Assembly: GCF_018350175.1 (NCBI RefSeq)
Contig: NC_058368.1
Location: 134,294,001-134,358,000 of the forward strand
Source: Felis catus
Lineage: Eukaryota
DNA: 64,000 nucleotides
Reading direction: 5' to 3'
Shown here: positions 26,184-38,026 of the stretch, piece by piece
How the letters are laid out: each line of letters opens with the position of its first letter
How positions within the stretch are numbered: the first letter of the stretch is position 1
Program-made: the position numbers and the translations under genes
Notes under the pieces: model-generated
What the model saw: the letters and a program-made list of their open reading frames with translations, nothing else
What the model was told of the DNA's origin: nothing
Database searches by the model: none

Positions 26184-28256
26184 ACCTCTCAGCAAACTAG
26201 AAATGGAGGGGGATTTCTTCAGCCTGATAAAGACCATCTACAAAGAAATCTAAAACATACTTAAAGTGTAAAAAACTAGATGCTTTCTGCTAAGATCAGA
26301 CAAGGCAAAGATTTTTCTCTGGCCACTCCTACTCAACATCATACCAGAAGTTCTAGGTAAGGCAATAAGACAGAAAAGGAATAAAAGATATACAAATCGG
26401 GAAAGAAGAAATAAAATTGTCTTTGTTTGCAGAGGACATTATTATCTATGTAGAAAATCCCAAATAATCACACACAAAAAATCTTTTTCAGAACTAGTAA
26501 TTATAGAAAGGTTCCATTCAGGTTATTAAGGTTAATATATAAAAGTCAGTTGGTTTTTTATGTAACCACCAAAAAAATGGGAATTTGAAATTAAAAATAT
26601 AATGCCATTTATAGTAGAGACAACAACAACAAAAATGTAATACTTGCATATAAATTTAACAAAATACTTACATGATCTATGTGAGGGAAACTAAAACTGA
26701 AGACCTGAATAAAGGGAGATATATTCCATGTACATGGATAGAAAGATTCCATATTATCAAGATGTTATTTATTTCCAAGGTGATCTATAAGTTCATTCAA
26801 ATCTTATCAAAATCTCAGCAAGTTATTTTGTGAATATCTTCAAACTGAATCTAAATTTTATATGGAAAGGCAGAAGATCCAACAGATAATTGGAAAAGAA
26901 ATCAGGAGAAAAAGAATCTGAAGACTGGCATTACGTGACTCTGAGACTTACTCTTAAGGCACAGTAATGAAGGCAGTGTGGTATTGGTGAAAGAATAGAC
27001 AAATACATCAATAGTGAGCCCAGAAGTAGACCTATACAAAGTCAACTGATCTTTAACAGAGGAGCAAAAGCAATTCAGTGAAGGAAGGATAGTGTTTTCA
27101 ACAAATGGTACAGGAACAACTGGACAGCCACATGCAAAAAAATGAATCTAAACATATCTTACACCTTTCACAGAAGTTAACTCAGAATTGATCACAGACT
27201 TAAATGAAAAATGGAAAACTATAAAACTCTTAGAAGATAACACAGTAGAAAATCCAGATGACCTTCGGTTTAGTGATGACTTTTTAGTCACAACATCAAA
27301 TGCACAGTCCATTAAAGAAAAATAAAAAATGGGACTCCATTAAAATTCACAAGTGTTGCTCTGTAAAGACGTTGTTAATTAAAGAATGAAAAGATAAGCC
27401 ACAAGAAATAAATAAAATAGAAATTAAAAAAAAAACAATAGAACAGATTAATGAAACCAGGAGCTGGTTCTTTGAAAAGAGCAACAAAACTGATAAACTT
27501 TTAGCCAGATTCATAAACAACAACAACAACAACAACTCGGATAAACAAAATCAGAAATGAAAGAGAAAAAACAGCCAATACCACAGAAGTTTGTACTTTG
27601 TAGTATTGTAAGAGAATATTATGAAATATTGAACAAATTGGACAACCTAGAAAAAATAAATGGATACCGTCCTAGAAACATATAATCTCCCAAAATTGAA
27701 TCAGGAAGAAACAGAAAATTTGAGCAGACCAATTACTAGCAATGAAATTGAATCAGTCCTAAAAAAAATTCCCAACAAATAAAAGTCCAGGACTAGATGT
27801 CCTCACAGGTGAATTTATGAAACATTTAAAGAAGAGTTGATCCCTATCCTTCTCAAACTATTCCAAAAAACAGAAGAGGAAGAAAAGCTTCCAAATTCAT
27901 TCTTTGGAGGCAGCATTATCCTGACACCAAAACCACTTAAAGACATTGCAAAAAAAGAGAACTACAAGCCAATATCTCTGATGAACATAGATGCAAAAAT
28001 CCTCAAAAAAATTATTAGCAAAGCAAATCCAAGGATACATTTAAAAAGTCATTCAGCATGATCAAGTGCGATTTATTTCTGGGAGGTGAGGGTGGTTCAT
28101 TATTCATAAGTTAATCCATGTGATACATCAATCAATAAGAGAAAAGATAAAAACCATATGATCACTTCAATAGGTGAAGAAAAAGATTTGACAAAGTATA
28201 ATGTTCATTCATGATAAAAACCCTCAACAAAGTAGGGGTAAATAATAAAGGCCATA

Positions 28257-28463
28257 GGGGCGCCTGGGTGGCTCAGTCGGTTGAGCGTCCAACTTCAGCT
28301 CAGGTCATGATCTCACGGTCCATGAGTTTGAGCCCCGCATCAGGCTCTGTGCTGACAGCTCCGAGCCTGGAGCCTGCTTCGGATTCTGTGTCTCCCTCTC
28401 TCTCTGCCCCTCCCCTGCTCATGCTCTGTCTCTCTCTGTCTCAAAAATAAATAAAAACATTAA

Positions 28464-28498
<35 letters not shown>
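28257..28498 (+). mobile_element. Can-SINE with (AAT)n tail
   Basis: TSD aataaaggccata. Confidence 0.95.
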
Positions 28499-28505
<7 letters not shown>

Positions 28506-29070
28506 GGCCATATATTAAAAACCCACAGATAAGATCATACTCAATGGTGAAAAACAGAGCTTTGAACAAGACAAAGATGTCTGCTCTCACTACTTTTATT
28601 CAACATAGTACTGGAAGGCCTAGCCACAACAATCTGATAAGAAAAATAAAAGACATCCACATTGGTAAGAAAGAAGTAAAAATTTCATTCTTTGCAGATG
28701 ACATGATACTATGTATAGAAAATCCTAGAGATTCTACCAAAAACTGCTAGAATTCAGTAAAGGCACAAGATACAAAATCAATATACAGAAATCTATTGCA
28801 TTTCTGTATACTAATAATGAATAGTAGAAAGAGAAATTAAGAAATCAATCCCATTTACAAATGCACCAAAAATAATAAAATGCCTAGGAATTAACTTTAA
28901 CCAAGGAGGTGAACGACCAGAACTCTGAAAACTATGGAAAGAAATTGAAGACAACACAAGGAAATGTCAAAACATTCCATGCTCATGAATTGGAAGAATA
29001 AATATTGTTAAAATGTCCATACTACTCAAAGCGATTTAATGCAATCCCTGTGAAAACACAAACAGTATTT

Positions 29071-29286
29071 TTTTTTTTTCCAACGTTTTTATTTATTTTT
29101 GGGACGGAGAGAGACAGAGCATGAACGGGGGAGGGGCAGAGAGAGAGGGAGACACAGAATTGGAAACAGGCTCCAGGCTCCGAGCCATCAGCCCAGAGCC
29201 TGACGCGGGGCTCGAACTCACAGACCGCGAGATCGTGACCTGGCTGAAGCCGGACGCCTAACTGACTGCGCCACCCAGGCGCCCCA
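29071..29286 (-). mobile_element. Can-SINE, young SINEC_Fc type
   Basis: CpG-rich; TSD acaaacagtatttt. Confidence 0.95.
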
Positions 29287-29942
29287 CAAACAGTATTTTT
29301 AACAGAACTAGAACAAAGAATCCTAAAATGTGTGGAACCATGAAATACCTCAAATACCCAAACAATCCTGAAAAAGAACAAACCTAGAGGTACATAATCC
29401 CAGATTTCAAGATGTGCCGCAAAGATGGTACAAAACATTGTGGTACTGGTACAAAAATAGAAAGATGGATCAATAGAACAGAATGGAGAGCCCAGAAATA
29501 AACCCACAATTATATGGTCAATTAATCTTCAACAAAGGAAGCAAGAATATGCACTGGGAAAAAGTCTCTTGAACAGTGGTGTTGGGAAAACTGGACAGTT
29601 ACATTCAAAAGAATGAAAATGGACTACTTTCATATATCATACATAAAAATAAACTCAAAATGGATTAAGCACCTAAATAGGAGACCTGAAACCTTAAAGA
29701 TCCTGGAAGAAAGCACAAGTAGCAATTTCTGTAACATCAGCTATAGCAACATTTTTCTGGATGTTTCCTGAGGCAAGGGAAACAAAAGCAAAAATAAACC
29801 ATTGGGACTACATCAAAATTAAAAGCTTCTGCACAGCAAAGGAAACAATCAACAAAACAGAAAGACAACCTACTGAGTGGGAGGAGATATTTGCAAATGA
29901 CATATCGGATAAAGGGTTAGTATCAAAAATATATAAAGAACT

Positions 29943-30144
29943 CGGTGCACCTGAGTAGCTCAGTTTTTGAGTGTCTGACTCTTGATTTTGGCTCAGGTCA
30001 TGATCTCAGGGTCACTGAATCTAGCCCCCATGTAGACTCCATGCTGAGCATGGGGCCTGCTTGAGATTCTCTCTCTCCCTCTGCCCCTCTCCCACTTGTT
30101 CTCTCTCTCTCAAAAAATTTTTTTTAATTAAAAAAAATATATAT
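29943..30144 (+). mobile_element. Can-SINE
   Basis: TSD atatataaagaact. Confidence 0.92.
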
Positions 30145-30974
30145 ATATATAAAGAACTTATACAATTCAACACCAAAAAAAAAAAAGGCCAAAAAACAAA
30201 AAACAATCCCATTAAAAATGGGTAGAAGACATAGACATTTTTCCAAAGAAGACATCCAGGTGGCCAATATACATATAGAAAAATGTTCAATATCACTAAT
30301 AATCAGGGAAATTCAAATCAAAATCACAGTGAGATAAAAACCTCATACTTGTCAGAATGACTAAAATCAACAACCCAAGAAACAACAGGTGTTGGTCAGG
30401 ATGTAGAGAAAAAAACCCTCATGTACTGTATAGATATACATATACATATATATATGTATACGTATATGTGTGTGTGTGTGTGTGTATTACTCAGCCATAA
30501 TAGAGAGTGAAATGTTTGCCAATTGCAACAGGATAGATGGATATAAAGGTTATAAGGCCAAGAGAAATAAGTCACTGAGAGAAAGACAAATACCATATTG
30601 TGTGGAATTTAAGAAACAAACATACAAAGGAAAAAAAGAAACAAACCCCAAAACAGACTCTTAACTATAGAGAACTGATGGTTCTCTAACTGATGGTTAT
30701 CAGAGGGGAGATGGGTGGAGGGATGGATGAAATAGGTGAAGGGGGATTAAGAGCACATGTATTATGATAAGCGCTGAGTAATGGATATGAAACTAATATA
30801 ACACTATTTATTAATTATACTGAATTTTTTTTCAAAATGAAAAAAAGACAAGCCACATACTAAGAGAAAATCTTTGCAAAACACATATCTGATAAAGGAC
30901 TGGTATTCAAAATATACAAAGAAAACTTAAAACTTAGCAATAAAACAACCTAATTAAATATGAGGAAAATATCT

Positions 30975-31192
30975 GGGGTGCGTGGGTGGCTCAGTTGGTT
31001 AAGCGTCTGACTTCGGCTTAGGTCATGATCTCGTGGTTTGTGGATTCAAGCCCCACGTCGGACTCTGTGCTAGCAGCTGGAGCCTGAAACCTGCTTCAGA
31101 TTCTGTGTCTCCTTCTCTATCTGCCCCTCCCCTGCTCATGCTCTGTCTCTCTCTGTCTCTCAGTAATAAACGTTAAAAAATTTTTTTTAATA
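30975..31192 (+). mobile_element. Can-SINE
   Basis: TSD atgaggaaaatatct. Confidence 0.95.
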
Positions 31193-32723
31193 AAAATGAG
31201 GAAAATATCTGAACAGACACCTCACCAAAGATGTTAAACAGATGGCAAATAAGCATATTTAAAAGATGCTCAACATCATATATCAACAGGGAGTTTTAAA
31301 TTAAAATGACAGATATCACTGTGAATCTAGTATCATGGCTAAAATCCAGAACATCAGGAATACCTAATACTGGTGAGGATGTCAGACAACAGGAATATTG
31401 ATTCACTTTGTGGGAATGGAAAAGGATACAAATATTTTGGAAGATAGTATAGCATATTTTTCAAAGCTAATAGTGCTTACCATGTAATCTATCATTTGTA
31501 CTCTTTGGTATTTAATCCTATGAGTTACAAACTTATGCCTAAACAAAAACATGCATACAAATGCTTATAGCAGTTTTGTTAATAATTGTCAAACTTTGGT
31601 AGCAACCAAGAAGTCCTCTAAGTTAATGGATAAACAAACCATGGTACATCTATACATGGAATATTGTTTAGCAATAAAGAACAGTAGACTATCAACCATG
31701 AAAACCCATGGAGGACGCTTACATGAATATTGCTAAGTGAAAGAAGCCAATCTTGAGAAAAGTCTGCATATTCCATATTTTCAATGATATAACATTTTGG
31801 ATAAATCAAAACTATGGAGACAGAAAAAAAATCCTTGTTTTCCAGGGTTTGGGGAAGAGTTGAGGAAGGATGAATAGGTACAACATGGGAAAATTTTTTT
31901 AGGGCAGGGAAACTATTCTGTATGATACCAGGAGGTAGATATGTCATTATACATTTGTCAAAACCTATAGGTTATACAACACAAAGATTGAACCCTAACA
32001 TAAACTAGGACTTTGGTTAATCATAGTGCATCAATATTGGCACACTAATGCAAGATATCAAGAATAGGGGAAACGAGGATGGTGGACGTGGTGAGGGAGT
32101 ATATGGAAACTCTGGACTTTCTCCTAAATTTTTCTGCAAACATAAAGCTGCTCTTTGAAGAAAGCCTCTTAATTTAAAACAACAAATAAAAAGTCTCCCC
32201 ACAACTTTTTTTAAAAAAGAAAAAAGGTCAGTATCATTTGACATTGCAAATTACATATGGAATTAAAATTTGTATATGGAATGCAAATTACATATGGAAT
32301 TAAAAACCACAAGGAGATACTACCATAGATATGTACCAGAATGGCTAAAATCATAAAGACTAAAAACACTGAGTGCGGACGAGGAGCTATCAAGACATGA
32401 ATTATTTTATAGTCATACGTTGCTGATGGGAGTGCAAAATGAGACTACTTTGAAAACCAGCTTGTGTCTTATGAAGGTCAATCTACACTATGGTACAGTG
32501 CAATATGTCTAAACAAAAATGTATACAAGAATGTTTCAAGTAGCTTTATTCATAATTGCCCCAAACTGGAAACAACCCAAATGTTTATCAACTAGTGAAT
32601 GGCCAAACAAATCACAGTATATCCTTCCAATGGAATACTACTCAACACTTCGCAGGAATGCAACAACATGAGGGAATTTCCAAAGCATTCTACAATGTGA
32701 AAGAAGTCAGATAAAAGGCTGTA

Positions 32724-33640
32724 AAAAAGACAACCCAACTGATCTGTAAATGAGTGGTACAGCCACTTTGGAAAATAGGTTGGCAGTTGCTCAGGAAGGT
32801 AAACATAGAGTTACTGCCTGAGCCAGAAAGCCCATGTGTAGGTATGTACCCAAACTAATTTAAAATTTTTTAATATATATTTATTTTTGAGAGAGAGAGA
32901 GAGAGACAGAGCATGAGTGGAGGAGGGGCAGAGAGAGAGACACACACAGAATCCGAAGCAAGCTCCAGGCTCCGAGCTGTCAGCACAGAGCCCGATGTGG
33001 GGCTGGAGCTCACAGACAGTGAGATCATGACCTGAGATGAAGTCGGACGCTTAACTGACTGAACCACCCAGGTGCCTCTATACCCGAATCAATTTAAAAC
33101 ATGTTTATGCAAAAATTTTTACCTGTATGTTCATATCAGCATTGTTTAGAATAGCCAAAAATTTTTAGAAACAATCCAAATGTTCATTGGCTGATGAATG
33201 AAGAAACAAATTGTGGAATATCCATAAATGGGATGTCATTGAAGGAATAAAAGGGAGTAAGTACTGATACATGCCACAACATGGATGAACCCTGAAAACA
33301 TGCTCAGTGAAAGAAGACAGACACAAAAGGCCACATATTGTATGATTCAACTTATAAGAAATATCCAGAATAGGGAAATCTATATGATAAAAAGTAGACT
33401 AGTGGTTTGGGGGTCCTGGAAGGAAGGGAGGAATGAACAGTGAATGCTAATGGGCGTAAGGTTTGTTTAGTTGGTTGGGTTTTTTTGTTTGTTTGTTTGT
33501 TTTGTTTTTAACTGATGAAAATGTTCTGGAGTTAGACACTTGTGATACAACCTTGCAAATGTGCTTAAAGACCACTGAACCATATACTGAAAAGGGTTAA
33601 TTTTGTGGCATATGAATTAGATCTCAAATTTTAAAAAGGC
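32724..33640 (+). mobile_element. L1MB-like 3' fragment nested in L1ME
   Basis: GGTACAGCCACTTTGGAAAA...GACACAAAAGGCCACATATTGTATGATTC...ATATGAATTAGATCTCAA; duplication aaaaggctg. Confidence 0.85.
32865..33079 (-). mobile_element. Can-SINE
   Basis: Imperfect TSD tacccaaactaatttaaaa / tacccgaatcaatttaaaa. Confidence 0.94.
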
Positions 33641-33641
33641 T

Positions 33642-33861
33642 GGGGGCGCCTGGGTGGCGCAGTCGGTTAAGCGTCCGACTTCAGCCAGGTCACGATCTCG
33701 CGGTCGGTGAGTTCGAGCCCCGCGTCGGGCTCTGGGCTGATGGCTCAGAGCCTGGAGCCTGTTTCCAATTCTGTGTCTCCCTCTCTCTCTGCCCCTCCCC
33801 CGTTCATGCTCTGTCTCTCTCTGTCCCAAAAATAAATAAACGTTGAAAAAAAAATTAAAAA
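33642..33861 (+). mobile_element. Can-SINE, young SINEC_Fc type
   Basis: CpG-rich, near identical to the copies at 2275 and 57300; TSD ttttaaaaaggctg. Confidence 0.96.
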
Positions 33862-34330
33862 AAATTTTTAAAAAGGCTGTATATCATGTGATTCCATTTA
33901 TACAACATTCTGGAAGAAATAAAACCATAATAATAGAAATCCAGTCCCACGGCCTAGGGGTTGGAGGAGGGCATTAGCTAAAAAGGGGTAGGGAGAGACT
34001 CTGGGATGATGGCAAGTTTTATATTGATATACTGATTGTGGTGTTAGTTATACAACCATACAGATTGGCAGACCCATAAGACTGTACACTTAATATGACT
34101 CAAATTTAGTGTAACTTATAGTTCAGTAAACCTTACCAAAACAAAGAGTGAGGAACACAATGAATAAGAATGAGAGATCATCTGAATCATATATCACAGA
34201 TGAACTTTATTTGGATCATATTTTTGGAAGCAGCTTTGCCCAGTAGAAACAACAGGAGCTTAGGCTTCCCTCAGTCCTAAGTTTATCTCATAGGACTGAT
34301 CCTTTTAGATCTGTGTGTTTGGCAAGATTC

Positions 34331-34702
34331 TTTTTTTTTTTAATATAATTTATTGTCAGATCGGTTTCCATACAACACCCAGTGCTCATCCCAACAAGTG
34401 CCCTCCTCAATGCCCATCAACCACTTTCCCCTTTCCCTCACCCCCCATTAACCCTCAATTTGTTCTCAGTATTTAAGAGTGTCTTATGGTTTGCCTCCCT
34501 CCCTCTCTGTAACTTTTTTTCCCCCCTTTCCCTCCCCCATGATCTTCTGTTAAGTTTCTCAGGATCCACACATGAGTGAAAACATATGGTATCTGTCTTT
34601 CAATGCCTAACTTCTTTCACGTAGCATAATCCCCTCCAGTTCCATCCACATTGATGCAAATGGCCAGAATTCATTCTTTCTCATTTCCAAGTAGTATTCC
34701 AT
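34331..34702 (-). mobile_element. 5'-truncated felid LINE-1 inserted in a MIR
   Basis: Close copy of 17336-17703; MIR core (TGAGCTTCAGTTTCTTTATCTGTAAA) resumes after it. Confidence 0.93.
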
Positions 34703-34809
34703 CTCTTTGAGCTTCAGTTTCTTTATCTGTAAATTGCAAGAGAAAGAGACAAGAAGAGAGACTAATGGTTATTAGTTAACTACTACATACGGAGACTAAA
34801 ATTAATATT

Positions 34810-35192
34810 TTAAGTTTTTGTTTGTTTTTGAGAGAGACAGCAAGTGAGGGAGGGGCAGAGAGAGAGGGAGGCAGAATCCCAAGCAGGCTCTGTGCTGTCA
34901 GCACAGCACCAGTTGCCAGTCTTGAACTCACCAACCCTGAGATCATGATCTGAACCGAAATCAAGAATCGTGATGGATTAAATGGGTGACGGATATTAAG
35001 GAGGGCACTTTTCGGGATGAACACTGGGTGTCTTATGTAAGAGATGAATCACGAGGTTCTACTTCTGAAGCCAAGACTACACTGTATGTTAACTAACTTG
35101 AGAATTAAAAAAAAAAAAGTTAAAAATTTAAAAAAGTAATAAAAAAAAAAAAGAGTGGAATGCTTAACTGACTGAGCCACCCAGGCGGCCCC
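34810..35192 (-). mobile_element. Can-SINE interrupted by an L1 tail
   Basis: SINE halves 34810-34970 and 35151-35192 are colinear. Confidence 0.9.
34971..35150 (+). mobile_element. Carnivore L1 3'UTR tail with polyA
   Basis: TTAAGGAGGGCACTT...GATGAACACTGGGTGTC...CTACACTGTATGTTAACTAACTTG + A tail. Confidence 0.88.
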
Positions 35193-35226
35193 TAAGCTGA
35201 ACATGTTAAAACAATATTGTAATGTT

Positions 35227-35423
35227 GGGGCGCCTGGGTGGCTCAGTCGGTTGAGCATCCGACTTCGGCTCAGGTCACGATCTCAGGGTCCATGAGTTCG
35301 AGCCCCGCATCGGGTTCTGGGCTGATGGCTCAGAGCCTGGAGCCTGCTTCCAGTTCTGTGTCTCTCTCTCTCTCTCTGCCCCTCCCCTGTTCATGCTCTG
35401 TCTCTCTCTGTCTCAAAAATAAA

Positions 35424-35454
<31 letters not shown>

Positions 35455-35470
35455 AAACAAACAAACAAAC
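35227..35470 (+). mobile_element. Can-SINE with (AAAT)n(AAAC)n tail
   Basis: TSD aaacaatattgtaatg. Confidence 0.95.
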
Positions 35471-36529
35471 AAACAATATTGTAATGCTAAAAAAATGTTT
35501 ATTTAGGGCAGAACAGTCATAAAAATGTATAAGGTTAAAAAATGCTTGAATAGTTAATAAATATACTCTACAAGAACATTTGAAAGCATCATACAAAAAC
35601 AGTTGACTCAGAAGACCCTGTTTGAGGGTGGAGAATAGTTTAATGACAAAAGTGTGGTGGCCAGAGAAGCATTTATCTGATGGAAAGATGACTGATGCTG
35701 GGCTGTGCTGGGGATTGGGGTGGGGGGGTGGGTGGAAAGGGGTGGACTGTGAATAGGTAAGTAGCCTAATATATGCCGATTTTCTGTTTCAGGGCAGCCC
35801 AGCTCATGCAGGTCAAATGTATAGCAATGTAACACTGAGTATCTAGCCTACCATCTTGAGCTGAGCTCAGTTAGCAGCGGCCTGATGGAGTTGGCACATC
35901 CACTGTCTGCCTCTTTGGGTTTGCGAGCTGAGTTGCCTTAGAGAAGCCTGGGTTAGCTCCCCAGACTCACAGGGAACCCTCTTCTCCTCGGCACTAGGTG
36001 ACAGCCTGGGAAGGTTTCTCCTCTGTGCAGAAAGGGGGAAAGCCAGGATTTGGTTCAGCAGCAACCAGTTGAAATTTGGTCTGAAAAACCGTTTGCTCTC
36101 TTCTCCCGTCATTGAAATGACCTTGAGTTTCACAGGCCCCTCTGTTCCCTCTTCCTTCCTGAAATCAAAGCCATGGCTCTGGCCCTCTTTAACACCTTTT
36201 GTCTGCCACACGGTTTTGCACTTTGTGAATATACTGTCCTGTACCTTTTGTATCTGATTCTCTTTTTCCCAGGCTCATTTTGTCTGGTAGATGAAATGTA
36301 TATTTCTGAGGGCACAGGGATGTCCTCATGTACCTGTGTTTTATCTTTGTAAGCACCTGGGATATCAGGTTTAAACCAACTCCTTATGAACGGACCAGAT
36401 TTGCTTGAACTCTTAAATCATCTAGTCTCAACCCTCAGATAATTGTCCCTTTAACTCTTAGCAGGGCCCAAGTTCTTTTTCATACCATTTTTGTTGAGAT
36501 AAAACCATGTACAGAAAGAGATAGGGGGT

Positions 36530-36670
36530 CTTTAGCCAGCTACAAGCTCTCTTAGCCTCAGTTTCCCACTATAAAATGGGCTAGAGTTTTTTTCTAGATT
36601 GCTGTAGAAAAGTAGCGATAATGTAGTACAGCACCACATAGTATCTACTCAATAAATGTGTGTAGTGTTG
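36530..36670 (+). mobile_element. MIR fragment
   Basis: GCCTCAGTTTCCCACTATAAAATGGG...CTCAATAAATG. Confidence 0.7.
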
Positions 36671-38026
36671 CTTGCCATTTCCTCTTTTAGAGATAACCAT
36701 TCACCAACAGCTGTAAACAAAAATAGCATGGGGAAAGTAAGTGGGAAAGGGAAGATTCCTCTTCTATGAAAGTGTTGCCATGAAAACTTTGCAGGATGAC
36801 TGTGGGGGAAGAAGCCCTATCCACAAACACTGAGAACGAAGAACCCCTGATGGAGTCTGTCACACGGTATTTGAGGGACGTCTGTAGAGTGGGATGTGGA
36901 AGGAGACAGATTCTCCTATCTGTGCACTGGAACCTCTCAGTTTGTTTGGCATTTCTGTGTAAGGAAATCAAGTATTCCCTCTAAATAAATTACAGCATTT
37001 TGGAAGCTACTGATTAAAGATTTGTACTTGTGAAATTACTTTAAAAGCACAAGTTTTCAGACTTCTCCTTGTTTCACGCATTACTTAATTTTCTAGTTGC
37101 AAGTTGGCAACTTGCCCTTTGGAGCAAGAACAGGTGCTTTGGGGAAGTGGGGAGGATTCAGAATTAATCGCATGCAGATCTATTCTGTGTCTGAAAACAG
37201 GCTAGGTACCTAAAGCCTTTCTCTATGTCTGTGTCATTTAAGTGCTGGAATCATAAAACACAGGATGAGACAGAACAGTTGTGCGATTGTTTTAACATCC
37301 TAAAAGAGGATTTCAGGGTACCATAAGCTGCTAATCATTTTCAGGAGGCAGGTGCAATTACTTTTCCACTTCCATCCCTTTTTATCATTTGAGAGCTCTT
37401 ACAGATTATTCACTGATTTCCATGGCAGAGGATTTTGGTGAAAAAGAAGTATTCCATCAGAAAATAGCAGTTAAACATTGTTCAGGATGTCTGTATTTAG
37501 AAAGAAAATAAGAAAGACAATAAAAAAAAATGACAACTTCTCAAATTTAAAAAATCTCAAGCAGTTCTCGTTAAGTTTTAAATGGTCATTTTATTTCACT
37601 TTACTAAGACGCTGGGTTACTAAGACTCGTGAATGGGACTCCATCCAGTTTTTCTCCAAGGAAATCACATGCATTACTCTTCCACGTGAATCCCAGTTAT
37701 CTTGAACCTTGGTTATCATTGCCTCGTTTTTATCTGCTCCCCGTTCATTGTCTCTGTCTCTGTCTCTGTCTTCCTGGGTTTTAACTCCCTGGTACTGAAG
37801 GTTAGGCCTTCATGTCCAACTGTAAACTAAGTTGGAAGCACAACTCTGAGACAGCTTTAGGGCTTCAGAAAGAGTATTATTTTATGGTTTTGCAGAAGGC
37901 ACGTTCATGAGCGCAGGTTAGCAGCTTCTCATGGAATTTCCTAGAGGTCAATCCTGCTACTTTCCCATCTACCATCAGTAACTACTTTAGCTTTGACGTT
38001 TTGAAGAATGTAAAAGGTATCATTGT

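Larger units (their letters stand above)
27404..30835 (+). mobile_element. Carnivore LINE-1, 5'-truncated ORF2 plus 3'UTR, nested in older L1
   Basis: [45 protein letters not shown]; flanking duplication aaaagayaagccaca. Confidence 0.95.
24860..32190 (+). mobile_element. Old LINE-1 (L1MC-like), ORF2 from endonuclease end to 3'UTR, interrupted by a younger L1 and a SINE
   Basis: [27 protein letters not shown], degenerate RT LFAEDII; 3' end TATATGGAAACTCTGGACTTTCTCCTAAATTTTTCTGCAAAC. Confidence 0.92.
32230..34145 (+). mobile_element. Ancient LINE-1 (L1ME-like) 3' end, interrupted
   Basis: CAGAATGGCTAAAAT, TTCATAATTGCCCCAAACTGGAAACAACCCAAATG; resumes at 33871. Confidence 0.8.

Noticed and set aside
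28257..28340. tRNA-like A and B boxes
   Set aside because: tRNA-derived Can-SINE heads, not tRNA genes
29022..29507. 161 aa ORF, the longest in the track
   Set aside because: Antisense L1 read through a SINE
25894..29958. ORFs resembling reverse transcriptase
   Set aside because: Fragments of dead L1 ORF2 with stops, frameshifts and SINE insertions; not functional CDS
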